A stretch of 64,000 bases of DNA, from contig CAVRJJ010000002.1 in the NCBI GenBank assembly GCA_963721685.1, positions 8,848-72,847 of the forward strand, given 5' to 3'. Made by a program: the position numbers and the translations under genes. The notes beneath the pieces are model-generated. The model saw nothing but the letters and a program-made list of their open reading frames with translations, was not told the DNA's origin and did no database searches. Numbering within the stretch: position 1 is the stretch's first letter; every line of letters starts with the position of its first letter. Source of the stretch: an uncultured bacterium. Its GTDB lineage: Bacteria; Patescibacteriota; Saccharimonadia; UBA4664; SCTI01. Below are positions 25,189-35,024 of the stretch, one piece after another.

Positions 25189-28100
25189 TTACCCCTGAAC
25201 TACATTCCCTTGATCATCAATATAAATTTCACCGGGCTTTAGCGCCGGTTGAGTTGCTTTAGCTTCCTCCTTAGGGGAAGCTTCCGTACTCTTGGCAGCC
25301 GCGGCCGATGGGCTTGCGACGGCAGGTGCCGCTGGTACTGAAGGCTTTTCCGCGGCTTTCGGCTGAGCGGGAGCGGGAGCAGCCGGATTCGGCGCCGGTA
25401 CAGCAGGCGCTGGGTCGGGTGTTTTCGCGGCTTCCGGGATTGGCTTGGACGGACTAGGAGGTGGAACGGCAACAGGAACTACGCTCGGTTCCGGTGTAGC
25501 TAAGGACGGTGACGCGGCTGGCAGAGCCGCTGGTGGAGCGACAGGAACCGGCATCGGTATAATAGGCGGCGCTGATAAGGTTACCGGAGCTACTAGTGGA
25601 GCTGGTGTTACCGGAGGAACCGCAGCAAGCGGTGCCGGCGCGGCAACACCAGCTTTGGCTTTAGCCGCGTCCAGTATTGCCTGGGCAGAGGCTTCATCGG
25701 CTACCGGCGGAACAGGCACTGGGGTAGGTGCTGTAGATTTGGCAGCGTCTATTATTGCCTGCGCGGCTGCTTCGTCATCTGCCAGCTCCTCTAAAACGCT
25801 TTTTTTCTCGTGTTTAGGCGGCTGCAGCACCAACTCATGGTGCCCGGCGTGCAGAGGATCATTGCCAAACTTTTCATCGGACTTAGGCACGGCCGCCGAA
25901 GCGTATGCCGAAGGGGGTTGGGCGGGTTCTTCGCTATGCTTATTAATGGTGGGGTTTTTAAAAGTGATACCTTTAGGCAGATCATTTGGCAGGTGTTCGA
26001 CAGGCAAAGGTGCAGGTGGAGATTCAGCAGCTGGCTCCTCCTCTACAGTTTCGGCTACAGCATTCGGGTCAATCGGATGAGGGGTGCTCGGCCGGTTCAG
26101 AACCCTGCCTTTATGGGTAGCTATCATCGACTTACCCTCGGGTGGTTTTACACCCTGCGGATCAGGAAGAACCGGCGGTACTTGCATCGGACTAACGGGT
26201 GAAGGCGCGGCAGCTGGGCTGGCTGCTGCCTGAACAGCAGGACCTACGGCCGGTTCCGCAACGGCAGGTGAGGTGGTTCTTGGTAGAGATACATTCTCGG
26301 GCGAAGGAGCAGATGGCTGGATAGTCGGCGGGGCGGGCAGAGTTGCCGGGGCTGATGGCTCGGTGGAGTTCACTATAGCGGGGACTGGCGACGATGGTGG
26401 AGCTACCAGGGCAGCGGGCTGTGGTTCTGTAGTTTGCACCGCAGCGATGACTGGGCTTGACGGAGGAGGCGCGGGTACCGGAGCAGGCTTCACTTCTGGA
26501 GGTGCGACAGGCTTTATCTCCACGGGAGGAGCCGGCTTTACTTCCGGAATAGGAGTTACCGCTACAGGTACGGAGTCCTGCGCTTGAGGTACCGCTGCCT
26601 TTGGCTCCGTCGGTTGAGCTAATTTTGGCTCTGGAGGAGGCGGAGGCTCTGCAACCGGCGCTTGCACCGGAGGCTTCGACGCCTCAACTTTCCCATCGGT
26701 TTCATGGGCTTCAATTCGTAATAAAGGCTTAGTTTGGGCTGGTTTGGTGGTGGGCGCGGAACTTGTAGATACGTCGCTTTTCTTGCCATCGGTTTCATGG
26801 GCTTCAATCCGCAGTGGCTCTTCTGGTTTCACAGAAGCAGTAGCTTTAGGAACCGGCTTACTGCCGGCAGTTGCTGTGGCAGCCACCGATTCCGGCAGGG
26901 CTACTGTTTTGGGTGGCTCTGAAGCTAAAACCATCCCTTCAGTCTCGTGAGCTTCAATCAGCAATGCCGGGTCTTTCGTTTTTGGCGCGGCGGGTAGCGT
27001 TACTGCAACCACTGGTGCTGGCTTTTCCTCCGCAGCGGGAAGCGGAATTGTCGTGTCGGACTGAGATTGTACGGCAGGCACTTTAGATAAGACATTTACT
27101 GCTGGAGATACGGGAGCTGAAACCGGCGGCGCGTTAGATACCACTGGTGCTGGCGGCGTTATCACCGGAGCAACAGGCGCCGGTTCAGAAGCGGCAGGAT
27201 CTGCCGGTGCGAGCGCGACCGCGGGAGACGGGGCGGGCGCGGCGGGCGGAGTTGGTTGCGGGCTGGCTGCCCGAAGCTGGCTTAACGATAAGCCGTCAGG
27301 GGCGGTGGGCGCGGCGGGCGGTGGAGCTACTGCCGGAGCTGGGCTGCTTGGCTGCGGAGACTGAAGCACACTAGCGGAAGGCTCCGGCAGGCTTGCGCTC
27401 GCCGCGGACGGAGGTGGTAGGACCGTCGTGGCGGCACTAACGGTCGCGGGAACCGGTGGTGCAACGGGCACAGCAGGCGGTTGTGCGACCGGTGTCGGAG
27501 CGGCAATAGGCGGCGGTGTTCCCTGCAGCCGGGCAAAAATATCGGCTTCCACCGTGGCCCTGGGCACCCCAAACTTGGCCGCGCTCAGTTGCTTGATCGC
27601 CAATCCCATCTCCGCATGCGCTTGGCCCAAAGATGGCAACATGGTAATGCTAAAGGGTTGGCTGGGCAGCCCGCCTATCAATAACTTCATTACCGCGTTA
27701 TAGTTCGGCATATTTACAAGGTCCCGCTGGTCAAAGATCGGCTCAAATTGCTTTACAAGGAATTCCGCGTCTTCAGGACCGGTGCGATAACTAAGCATCG
27801 TTCCCACATTCCCAAAAACGGCGTCTCGGATCTCGTCGCTCAACTGACTGATATACTGGTTGGCTACAATTAAGTTAAGCCGGTACTTGCGGGCCTCACT
27901 TAAAATACTGGCAAAGCTGTCGGTGCTAAAATTTTGGAACTCATCAACATACAGGCTGAAATCCTGGCGCTGGTCTTCGGGAATATTAGAGCGGCTCATC
28001 GCCGCGGCCTGGAACTTAATGACAAATATCATCCCAAGGAGTTGCGCGTTCATCTCCCCTACCAATCCTTTGCCAAGGTTAACAATCAGGATTTTCTTCT

Positions 28101-29943
28101 TATCCATAATATCGCGGATATTAAAACCAGAGTGGGTTTGGCCAATAATATTGCGCATCATTTCGTTGCTTAAAAACGCGCCGAACTTACTGACAAACCA
28201 GCCAAGCATCTCCGACTTGTGGTAATCACTGGTTTGGGCCATCTCTTTAGTCCAGAACTCAATCACCGTGGGGTCATTCAAATACTTAAACTTATTCTTA
28301 AGATAAGCCGTGTCGGTAAACACCTTAGGAATCTCAACAAAACTAGCGCCGTTGGGGTCAGACATCAAAGTAAGGGCCGCGTTCCGGAACCAGTGCTCAA
28401 AACGGGGTCCGATAATTCCGGTCTTGCCAGGATCATAGAGTTTATAAAGCATGTTAATCGATTCCTGGACCAAAAAATCCTTTTGCTCGGGTGAGCTGTA
28501 TTCAAATAGGTTTAATCCTAACGGATGATCCATATCCCCCGGGTTGAAGTACACCACGTCTTCAGCCCGCTCCTTGGGAACCATACTAATAAGCTTTTCA
28601 GCGGTATCGCCATGGGGATCAATAAACGCAAAACCGTTGCCGGCCAGCATATCCTGGACGGCAAGGTTTTCTAAGATGGTAGATTTACCGGTACCGGTTT
28701 GCCCCACAATATAGGTGTGGCGCCGCCGGTCTTCCGGCCCGAGGCGGACTTCCTTTTTTACACCGCGATAAAAGTTGTACCCAAATAACAGCCCGGATTG
28801 GGACATGCTAACCGGCCCGTCGACTTGCTTGGACTTCTGGCGCTCTACCTGGGTGCTTGGCGTAAATTGGGCGTCCGGCAAATGGAATAAGGTCGCGATC
28901 TCAACACTGTTTAAGATATTGGTGGATAGCTCCGGCGGGAAAAAACGGAAAATAAATGCCGTTACCAGCCCCTGCATGTCCCGTCCTTCAACGAATTGGA
29001 AGCCGTTTGAACCGGGAGCCTCAAACAATGAAAAGGCAGTCGTAATATTGCGCAGTAAAATTTGTGAGCGGTCGTAGGAGGGAGATGAGGCAAGTATGCG
29101 AATAAGTACCTCATATCCCGGATGCTTGGTCTTTTCTTCAATCCGCTGCATGGTATCTTCTTCGAGCTTACTTAACTCAAAGCTTTTAGCGTCCTGGCGC
29201 CACTCTTCCGAAGTCTTAACCGCGCCCTTGGCAATATCTGCTACACCAAAGCCCAAGCCACCGCGCCGGGTGTGGCGAGTATTATCAACCAGTTTAATCG
29301 AGTTTTTTGTCCACCCTTCACCGGCCGGACGCAGCATGATTTGAATGGCCGCGCCATCCCCCAGTTGAAGTTTGGACAACGCGTTAAGCAGACCCACCAT
29401 AGGATCCCGCTCCATCTGGTCTAGTGTTCCAATTGGATAAGCGGCCTGATGCTTTAGGACCAACTCACCGCCCACCGTCCCCGTTAAATGGCCTTGGGGG
29501 TTAAATATATTGTGGTCTTCCACCTCTTCAAGGCGGGCACCCGGATAAGCGGTAACAATGGCCTGTTCGACCACGCTAACCATAGCCACCGGAACAGCCG
29601 CGAAGTAATGAATGAGTCCGTTGGACGCGATAATTTCAAATGCTATATGACGCTGCCCGTAAAAATTGCTTTTAAACCCGGACTGGGCGGTACCTGAAAT
29701 AAGGTCGTAAAGCACCTGCGCTTGAGAAATCTTTTCCCGCATAACATCGCGCACGTCGCGGTTGCCGCTATTTTCGGTATCGTCACTGGGGGGCGGCAGA
29801 TGAATTAACAGCGGAACCATCTTCAATCCGCGCTCTACCCCTTTTGCCCGGCGCAAAACCCGGCGATAAGCCAAGAACGCAATCGCGGCAAGGACAATCG
29901 CAAATACCACGAAAAGCAGTACGAGCAGTACAATCCCGTTCAT
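25189..29943 (-). CDS. Membrane-anchored P-loop ATPase of the FtsK/HerA/TrwB superfamily (type IV coupling protein-like) with an ~830-aa Pro/Ala-rich intrinsically disordered C-terminal extension
   Basis: - N-terminal TM: MNGIVLLVLLFVVFAIVLAAIAFLAY.
- Walker A YIVGQTGTGKST, followed ~25 aa later by FAFIDPHGD, as in TrwB/TraD GATGTGKS…VIVDPNGD.
- Walker B-like LYVDEFQNF.
- From ~residue 760 to 1584 the sequence is P/A/V/S/T-rich low complexity, with three copies of (L)LRIEAHETDGK. Confidence 0.7.
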   Translation of the reverse strand: MNGIVLLVLLFVVFAIVLAAIAFLAYRRVLRRAKGVERGLKMVPLLIHLPPPSDDTENSGNRDVRDVMREKISQAQVLYDLISGTAQSGFKSNFYGQRHIAFEIIASNGLIHYFAAVPVAMVSVVEQAIVTAYPGARLEEVEDHNIFNPQGHLTGTVGGELVLKHQAAYPIGTLDQMERDPMVGLLNALSKLQLGDGAAIQIMLRPAGEGWTKNSIKLVDNTRHTRRGGLGFGVADIAKGAVKTSEEWRQDAKSFELSKLEEDTMQRIEEKTKHPGYEVLIRILASSPSYDRSQILLRNITTAFSLFEAPGSNGFQFVEGRDMQGLVTAFIFRFFPPELSTNILNSVEIATLFHLPDAQFTPSTQVERQKSKQVDGPVSMSQSGLLFGYNFYRGVKKEVRLGPEDRRRHTYIVGQTGTGKSTILENLAVQDMLAGNGFAFIDPHGDTAEKLISMVPKERAEDVVYFNPGDMDHPLGLNLFEYSSPEQKDFLVQESINMLYKLYDPGKTGIIGPRFEHWFRNAALTLMSDPNGASFVEIPKVFTDTAYLKNKFKYLNDPTVIEFWTKEMAQTSDYHKSEMLGWFVSKFGAFLSNEMMRNIIGQTHSGFNIRDIMDKKKILIVNLGKGLVGEMNAQLLGMIFVIKFQAAAMSRSNIPEDQRQDFSLYVDEFQNFSTDSFASILSEARKYRLNLIVANQYISQLSDEIRDAVFGNVGTMLSYRTGPEDAEFLVKQFEPIFDQRDLVNMPNYNAVMKLLIGGLPSQPFSITMLPSLGQAHAEMGLAIKQLSAAKFGVPRATVEADIFARLQGTPPPIAAPTPVAQPPAVPVAPPVPATVSAATTVLPPPSAASASLPEPSASVLQSPQPSSPAPAVAPPPAAPTAPDGLSLSQLRAASPQPTPPAAPAPSPAVALAPADPAASEPAPVAPVITPPAPVVSNAPPVSAPVSPAVNVLSKVPAVQSQSDTTIPLPAAEEKPAPVVAVTLPAAPKTKDPALLIEAHETEGMVLASEPPKTVALPESVAATATAGSKPVPKATASVKPEEPLRIEAHETDGKKSDVSTSSAPTTKPAQTKPLLRIEAHETDGKVEASKPPVQAPVAEPPPPPEPKLAQPTEPKAAVPQAQDSVPVAVTPIPEVKPAPPVEIKPVAPPEVKPAPVPAPPPSSPVIAAVQTTEPQPAALVAPPSSPVPAIVNSTEPSAPATLPAPPTIQPSAPSPENVSLPRTTSPAVAEPAVGPAVQAAASPAAAPSPVSPMQVPPVLPDPQGVKPPEGKSMIATHKGRVLNRPSTPHPIDPNAVAETVEEEPAAESPPAPLPVEHLPNDLPKGITFKNPTINKHSEEPAQPPSAYASAAVPKSDEKFGNDPLHAGHHELVLQPPKHEKKSVLEELADDEAAAQAIIDAAKSTAPTPVPVPPVADEASAQAILDAAKAKAGVAAPAPLAAVPPVTPAPLVAPVTLSAPPIIPMPVPVAPPAALPAASPSLATPEPSVVPVAVPPPSPSKPIPEAAKTPDPAPAVPAPNPAAPAPAQPKAAEKPSVPAAPAVASPSAAAAKSTEASPKEEAKATQPALKPGEIYIDDQGNVVQG

Positions 29944-29998
29944 GGCTATGCATCACCTTTATTCATACTCGTGCCCACCCCATCCATGCTAATACCTG

Positions 29999-30430
29999 TT
30001 AAGCATCCGGCTTTTTAACGTCATGGCCGTAACGCTTTTTGAGATAATCAATCTGCAGCGCTTCCACCGCTTCTTCTTGAACATAAGGGTCGTCTTTGGT
30101 TTGCTCAATTATTTTATTCGCCTGGTCCACCCACTCTTTTTCAATAACATCGGTATCACCGGCAACCGTCGGGTTAGGATCGGTGGGGGTAGCGGTCGGA
30201 GGGGTTGCTGTGGGAATGGGGCTCCCCGGTAGCTGTTGGGCAGGTACGTTAGGAATTTGGGGAATTTGGATTGGCTGCCCTGCTGGCGCGCCTTGTGACA
30301 CGTTGGGAGCGGCTTCCGGAGCAGCCGGCGCCGGCTGCTGTTCAACTGCTGGCAGGTTGGCCTGTTCAGGAGAGGATGGTTGGTTTGGGCTGGGCTGAGT
30401 ATTGGCGTTTTGATTGGGTGGCATGAGCAT
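29999..30430 (-). CDS. Pro/Gln-rich small hypothetical protein with a conserved acidic C-terminal ~45 aa
   Basis: 143 aa. The N-terminal 100 aa are P/Q/A/N low complexity and the C-terminus is structured (DVIEKEWVDQANKIIEQTKDDPYVQEEAVEALQIDYLKKRYGHDV). It lies between the PH-domain protein and the ATPase on the same strand, with 53-nt and 126-nt gaps. Confidence 0.4.
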   Translation of the reverse strand: MLMPPNQNANTQPSPNQPSSPEQANLPAVEQQPAPAAPEAAPNVSQGAPAGQPIQIPQIPNVPAQQLPGSPIPTATPPTATPTDPNPTVAGDTDVIEKEWVDQANKIIEQTKDDPYVQEEAVEALQIDYLKKRYGHDVKKPDA

Positions 30431-30556
30431 TCCTTTCTAGCATTTATTATACCACTTATGGTTAATGTCTGCCAGATTCAAATCGCATAATTTCACGTAA
30501 ATTAAAAAGAGCAAAAAATAACAGCTTTTTAGTGTGATAATTACATCAAAGTTCGC

Positions 30557-31069
30557 TTATTTCGCGCGTTCATGGGCGTCAAGAATTACCTCGGATAAAT
30601 TTTGCGGATCCGGCGCCCAGGTAAATACCATATTTTTTTCTTCTCCGGATGTTTTTGCCGTGATATCGCCGTAATTAAATAAGGTGCTCAATAATCCGTT
30701 CTGGGTTGCCGTAACATCTTCTAATTTTTCAAGGTTGAACTGCGACAACCGCCGACTGATTAAACTCCCCTGGCCTACCAGGTACAGGGTTTTATCGGTT
30801 AAAACCAACCCGTTTCCTAAATAGATTTTTAGATTGGCAATTACCAAGATGACAGCCAAAGCCAATAAAGCAACGGCCGCCAGCGCCACCATTGATGGCG
30901 GACCAATATTTTGAATTTGATCCGGGAAACGTCCAAGAAGGTAAAAAATAAGAATCCCGATCATACCAACAATCAACGCGCTAAAGAGTGGGAATACCAA
31001 ACTTAAAGGATGGCGATGAACTGCCACCTCTATCGTTTCATCGGGATCAATACCGGCTGTTAAACTCAT
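30557..31069 (-). CDS. Bacterial PH-domain membrane protein (bPH_2 / YdbT-like, DUF304)
   Basis: Two N-terminal TM helices (LSLVFPLFSALIVGMIGILIFYLL, MVALAAVALLALAVILVIANL) followed by a ~90-aa PH-like domain (…LTDKTLYLVGQGSLISRRLSQFNLEKLEDVTATQNGLLSTLFNYGDITAKTSG…). Confidence 0.55.
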   Translation of the reverse strand: MSLTAGIDPDETIEVAVHRHPLSLVFPLFSALIVGMIGILIFYLLGRFPDQIQNIGPPSMVALAAVALLALAVILVIANLKIYLGNGLVLTDKTLYLVGQGSLISRRLSQFNLEKLEDVTATQNGLLSTLFNYGDITAKTSGEEKNMVFTWAPDPQNLSEVILDAHERAK

Positions 31070-31128
31070 TCGCGCGCGCCTCGCTTATAGGCACTATCCT
31101 AGCATAAGCCGGGTACTACCTGGAATTG

Positions 31129-32607
31129 CTAATAATGGACCCACACCGGGGTGCCAACATCACCCCAGCCGTAAATAAAGGCCGCGGTAGCTTCAGGAAG
31201 GTTCACGCACCCATGAGAGCCGTTGTATTTATAATCCTGTCCGCCAAATACTCCGCCCCGCCAACTCGCGTCATGCATCCCGTAATTGCCGTGAAACGGC
31301 ATCCAATACTTTACGAAAACGTTATAATCATAGCCAATGGCGTACCCGTTTAAATTGCGGTTGGTTTGTTTAGCTTGTATAGAAAACAACCCGGTAACGG
31401 TAGCGTACCCAGCGGCGCTTGCCCCGCTGGTTAGCGGTGCCTCATGGATAACCTGGTGGTTTTCGTATACCCACAGGCGCTGGGAGCTGAGGTTAATTTC
31501 AATATACTTACCATAATCCAAGCTGATACTGCGGTTGTATTCGGTTTGAAAGGGTACTTTTTTGGTTGGGGCGGCCGCGACCACCGGCTGCTTGGCCTCA
31601 ACCGCGGCAGCTATGACCGCTGCCAGCGCGTCTTGATCAAGCTGCAGTCCGTCCTGGCCCACCTGAGTTTCTTGCGAATTACCGTTTTGAACATTAATTT
31701 TACGATTCACGGGGTTCACATTTATTTGCAGGGCCAGCGACTGTAAATAGCTTTTTATCCCGTCCTTACTCAGGGTCGGAATAAGGCCGGGGGCCTCGCT
31801 TTGCGGACTTTTCTGGTAAGTTATCCATCCGCTTTTTTGAGCTGGCGTAGGATTAAATACTTTGTTTTCGTAAGAAATGGTTACCGGTATAGCCAATAAC
31901 TGTTTGGTCTGCGCGATTGCCGGTTCAACATCGGGCACCCGAATCCGGGCGTGCTGAACCGAGGGCTCAAGCTTTAGGGTTGTGATAGAAAAACTCGCTA
32001 GCCCCTTTTTAATAGCGTTGGCCGCGGCTTGGCCGCCTAAAGCCCGTCCGTCCACATCCGGCTGGACAACCGGCTCGCCTTCTTTCACCACAATTGAGGC
32101 ATCAACCGGCACTAGTCCGCTAGCCCCTACCATCTTATCTATGAATGCTGTTTCAACTTTTGGATTAAGCTTAAGGGTGTAGGCCAATTCCTGGCTGTTA
32201 CGCGCGGCCAAAAATTGGAGCGGAACAAAAACCTGATTTCTTCCCACCGCCAAGGCGTGGTCTAGGGTCGCGTCGATGTTATAGGAAGCGCCAATGTCAC
32301 CGGCGCGGATCTTATACGCAGTTGAACCAACCGCTACATTAAGCGTATGGTTGGCGACGGGGCGTTCCAGAACCGCCTTAGCTTCCTGCCGCGTCATTGA
32401 GCCAATCTCCATACCGGCAACGGTTACCCCTGGCATTATCCGGCCGGCCATAAAGGCATTCAACCCAATCTGGGCGGCGAACCCGAGAAAGCCCAACACG
32501 CATGACCCAATAACCAACAGACGCTGCCACCTTTTTAGGGCGTCAGACGGCACGCTGGACGGGTAAGTCTCAATTACCTGACTACCAGGTCCGACGGCTA
32601 CCAGCAT
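31129..32607 (-). CDS. L,D-transpeptidase (YkuD/ErfK catalytic domain) with a large N-terminal extracytoplasmic region, signal-anchored
   Basis: The C-terminal YkuD domain has a canonical active site (HGNYGMHDASWRGGVFGGQDYKYNGSHGCVNLPEATAAFIYGW). An N-terminal signal-anchor helix is present (LLVIGSCVLGFLGFAAQIGLNAF). The middle ~300 aa may be VanW/PG-binding-like. Confidence 0.75.
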   Translation of the reverse strand: MLVAVGPGSQVIETYPSSVPSDALKRWQRLLVIGSCVLGFLGFAAQIGLNAFMAGRIMPGVTVAGMEIGSMTRQEAKAVLERPVANHTLNVAVGSTAYKIRAGDIGASYNIDATLDHALAVGRNQVFVPLQFLAARNSQELAYTLKLNPKVETAFIDKMVGASGLVPVDASIVVKEGEPVVQPDVDGRALGGQAAANAIKKGLASFSITTLKLEPSVQHARIRVPDVEPAIAQTKQLLAIPVTISYENKVFNPTPAQKSGWITYQKSPQSEAPGLIPTLSKDGIKSYLQSLALQINVNPVNRKINVQNGNSQETQVGQDGLQLDQDALAAVIAAAVEAKQPVVAAAPTKKVPFQTEYNRSISLDYGKYIEINLSSQRLWVYENHQVIHEAPLTSGASAAGYATVTGLFSIQAKQTNRNLNGYAIGYDYNVFVKYWMPFHGNYGMHDASWRGGVFGGQDYKYNGSHGCVNLPEATAAFIYGWGDVGTPVWVHY

Positions 32608-32691
32608 ATTGTCTCTACTTTTGGCATAAGAAATTCTTCATGTGCCACTTAATTATAACTCTTACGCTTAGATTTTGACTACCCTTTTCGT

Positions 32692-35024
32692 CTAGGCGCG
32701 AAGTTCCGCGTTAAAGCGCTCACGCAACGTATTTGTAACCGCCTCCACTACCTGTTCGGCATCTTTATCAGTAGGCGTACGCTCCGGATACGAAATTATG
32801 AGCTGAAAAGCTACCGATTTTTTATCTTCACCTAATCCTTCACCGTAATAGTCGCTTTTAAAGTGGGTTTCGTAGTTTGTAAGCGCGGCGGCTATTTCAG
32901 CCCACGCGAGCTCGCGCGGTACAATGACGGCGATATCCCGGATTGCCGATGGGAACCGGCTGCTGCCTCGATACTGCTTAGGGCTGGCCGCCGCCAAGAA
33001 CGGCTCCCAGTCTAACTCAAAATAGCCAATACCGCCATCCAGTTTGAGCTGGGCTGTAAGACCGGGATCAAGCTCGCCTATCCATCCAACAGTTGTATCG
33101 CCTAGTTGTAAGCATCCTACCCGGCCGCGCAAGGCCACGCCCTCGTTCAGGGCCGCGGGCAACACCCGTACCGGCGCGTTAAAGGTCCGCCCCAACCGGT
33201 CAAGCACGGCTTTAACCTGGGGGTAGCCATCGCCTTGGCCGCGTCGCAGCACACCTAAGCGTAACGATTCCCGCGGCAACTCGCCCGGCGCTTTAGGGAG
33301 GTAGACTTTGGAAAATTCAAACATTCCGAACGCTTTGGCGTAGGTGCGATTGCGCTCGGCCGCTGCCAGCAGGCTAGGCAATAAATCAGTGCGTAAGTAG
33401 TCTTGCTCACTTGAAAGCGGGTTTTTGAGCTTTAAATGGTCTTCCAGTGGCCGCCCCAAAAACTCAATTTGCGAACGGCTAATGAATGAATAAGTCATCA
33501 CTTCGAACAAACCCGCCGACCTTAAGACGGCTTTCGCCTGCCACCGCTCCGGCCAATTACGGTCAAAACTGATGCGATTTGGCTGCCACGCCGGTAATGT
33601 TGCCGGCAACTGGTCATAACCAACCAGCTTAATCACCTCTTCGGCCAAGTCGTCTTCAGTCTGCACATCCGGACGCCACCAAGGCACTGAAACATCAATG
33701 GATTCCGATTGGCGGTTATCGGTGGAAAATCCTAAGTTTGCTAACTGTTCGGCTATTTGGCCAGGCTCCATCTGCAAACCAAAACCCGGTTTAGACGTTC
33801 ACTCCGCGTAGTAATCGTTACAGGAGGCACCTCCCCACTTTCCAAATCGGTAATTTGGCTGGCTGGTTCCCCACCGGCAATTTCTTGAAGTAAGCGTAAT
33901 GCCCTGGCCAACGCTCCCGGTGCTGAATTTACCGGTATGCCCCGCTCGAACCGAGCGGAAGCCTCGGTACGCAGTTTGTGGTGTTGGGCGGTTTTACGTA
34001 CCACGGGCCGTCAAAAATCGCCGCTTCAAGTAAAATTTCGGAGGTATGTAACATCTACTTCAGTTGTTAGTCCGCCCATTACCCCGGCTAAGCCGATAGG
34101 ACCGGTAGCGTCGGTAATGAGCAGGTCGCTTGACTGTAACTGGCGCTTTACCCGTCCAGCGCGGTAAAGCTCTCGCCGCTTGGGCTGGACGCACAATAAG
34201 GGGTAATTGAACCTTAGCGGCATCGTAGGCGTGAAGCGGCTGACCCAGCTCCAGCATGACGTAGTTGGTGACATCAACCACCGGGCTTACCGAGCGAATT
34301 CCGGCTTTTAGCAGGCTTGTAACCAGCCATTGAGGAGAATTTCCACCTGGATCAACTTTTACGCGGGCCAACATAAACCGCCTGGATAAATGAGAACCTG
34401 CAATCTGGCGATAGATTCATCGGAGTTCGTCTGACCCTCCAACTCGGGCTCGTCGTACACCAATTGCTGACCGGCTTGAGCGGCCGCCTCCAGAGCCATC
34501 CAGCGAATACCATTTAAATCCCACCTATTTGCGGCTGTTGTTGTTTCTATTACATCATTATCAGATAGAACGAAACTAACAGGCTCTCCAATGGGGGCGT
34601 CATCCGGCAAGAACAAAATACCGCCATGGTCGTTACCCACACCCAGTTCTTGCTCGCTGCACAGCATGCCCGCCGATTCAATACCCCGAAGCTTGGCGGC
34701 TTTAATGCGGGTACCGTCGGGCATTACGGCTCCCACTGCCGCCACCGCCACTTTTTTGCCTACTGATTCAGCATTTATATTAGGAGCGCCGGTTACAATG
34801 GTTAATTCAGTATTTTTTACATCAATAACAGCAATTTTTAATCTGTCGGCGTCTGGGTGCGGATTAACCGTTTTAATGTGGCCTATCGTAATTTTTACAT
34901 CAAGCTCAGTAGCAGGGTGGCTGGCTTCAACCTCAATACCGGCCAGTTCGAGGGCCCTCAACATGTCCTTGGATGCCAGCGGCTTCTCTAGATACTGGTT
35001 GATCCAGCTAACGGGAAGTTTCAT
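32692..35024 (-). pseudogene. pheT: Phenylalanine--tRNA ligase beta subunit, split into four ORF fragments by at least three frameshifts (most likely assembly indels in an essential gene)
   Basis: The fragments 34359..35024, 34060..34374, 33753..34004 and 32692..33777 are colinear with PheT:
- N-terminal tRNA-binding fold (MKLPVSWINQYLE…)
- B3/4 and B5 domains
- C-terminal FDX-ACB domain
The fragments are adjacent or overlapping in different frames. Confidence 0.8.

Noticed and set aside
25239-27703. Numerous 60-210-aa ORFs on both strands within 25.2-27.7 kb.
   Set aside because: They are alternative-frame reads of the Pro/Ala-rich low-complexity tail of the 1584-aa ATPase gene. The long frame with ATPase motifs is the real one.
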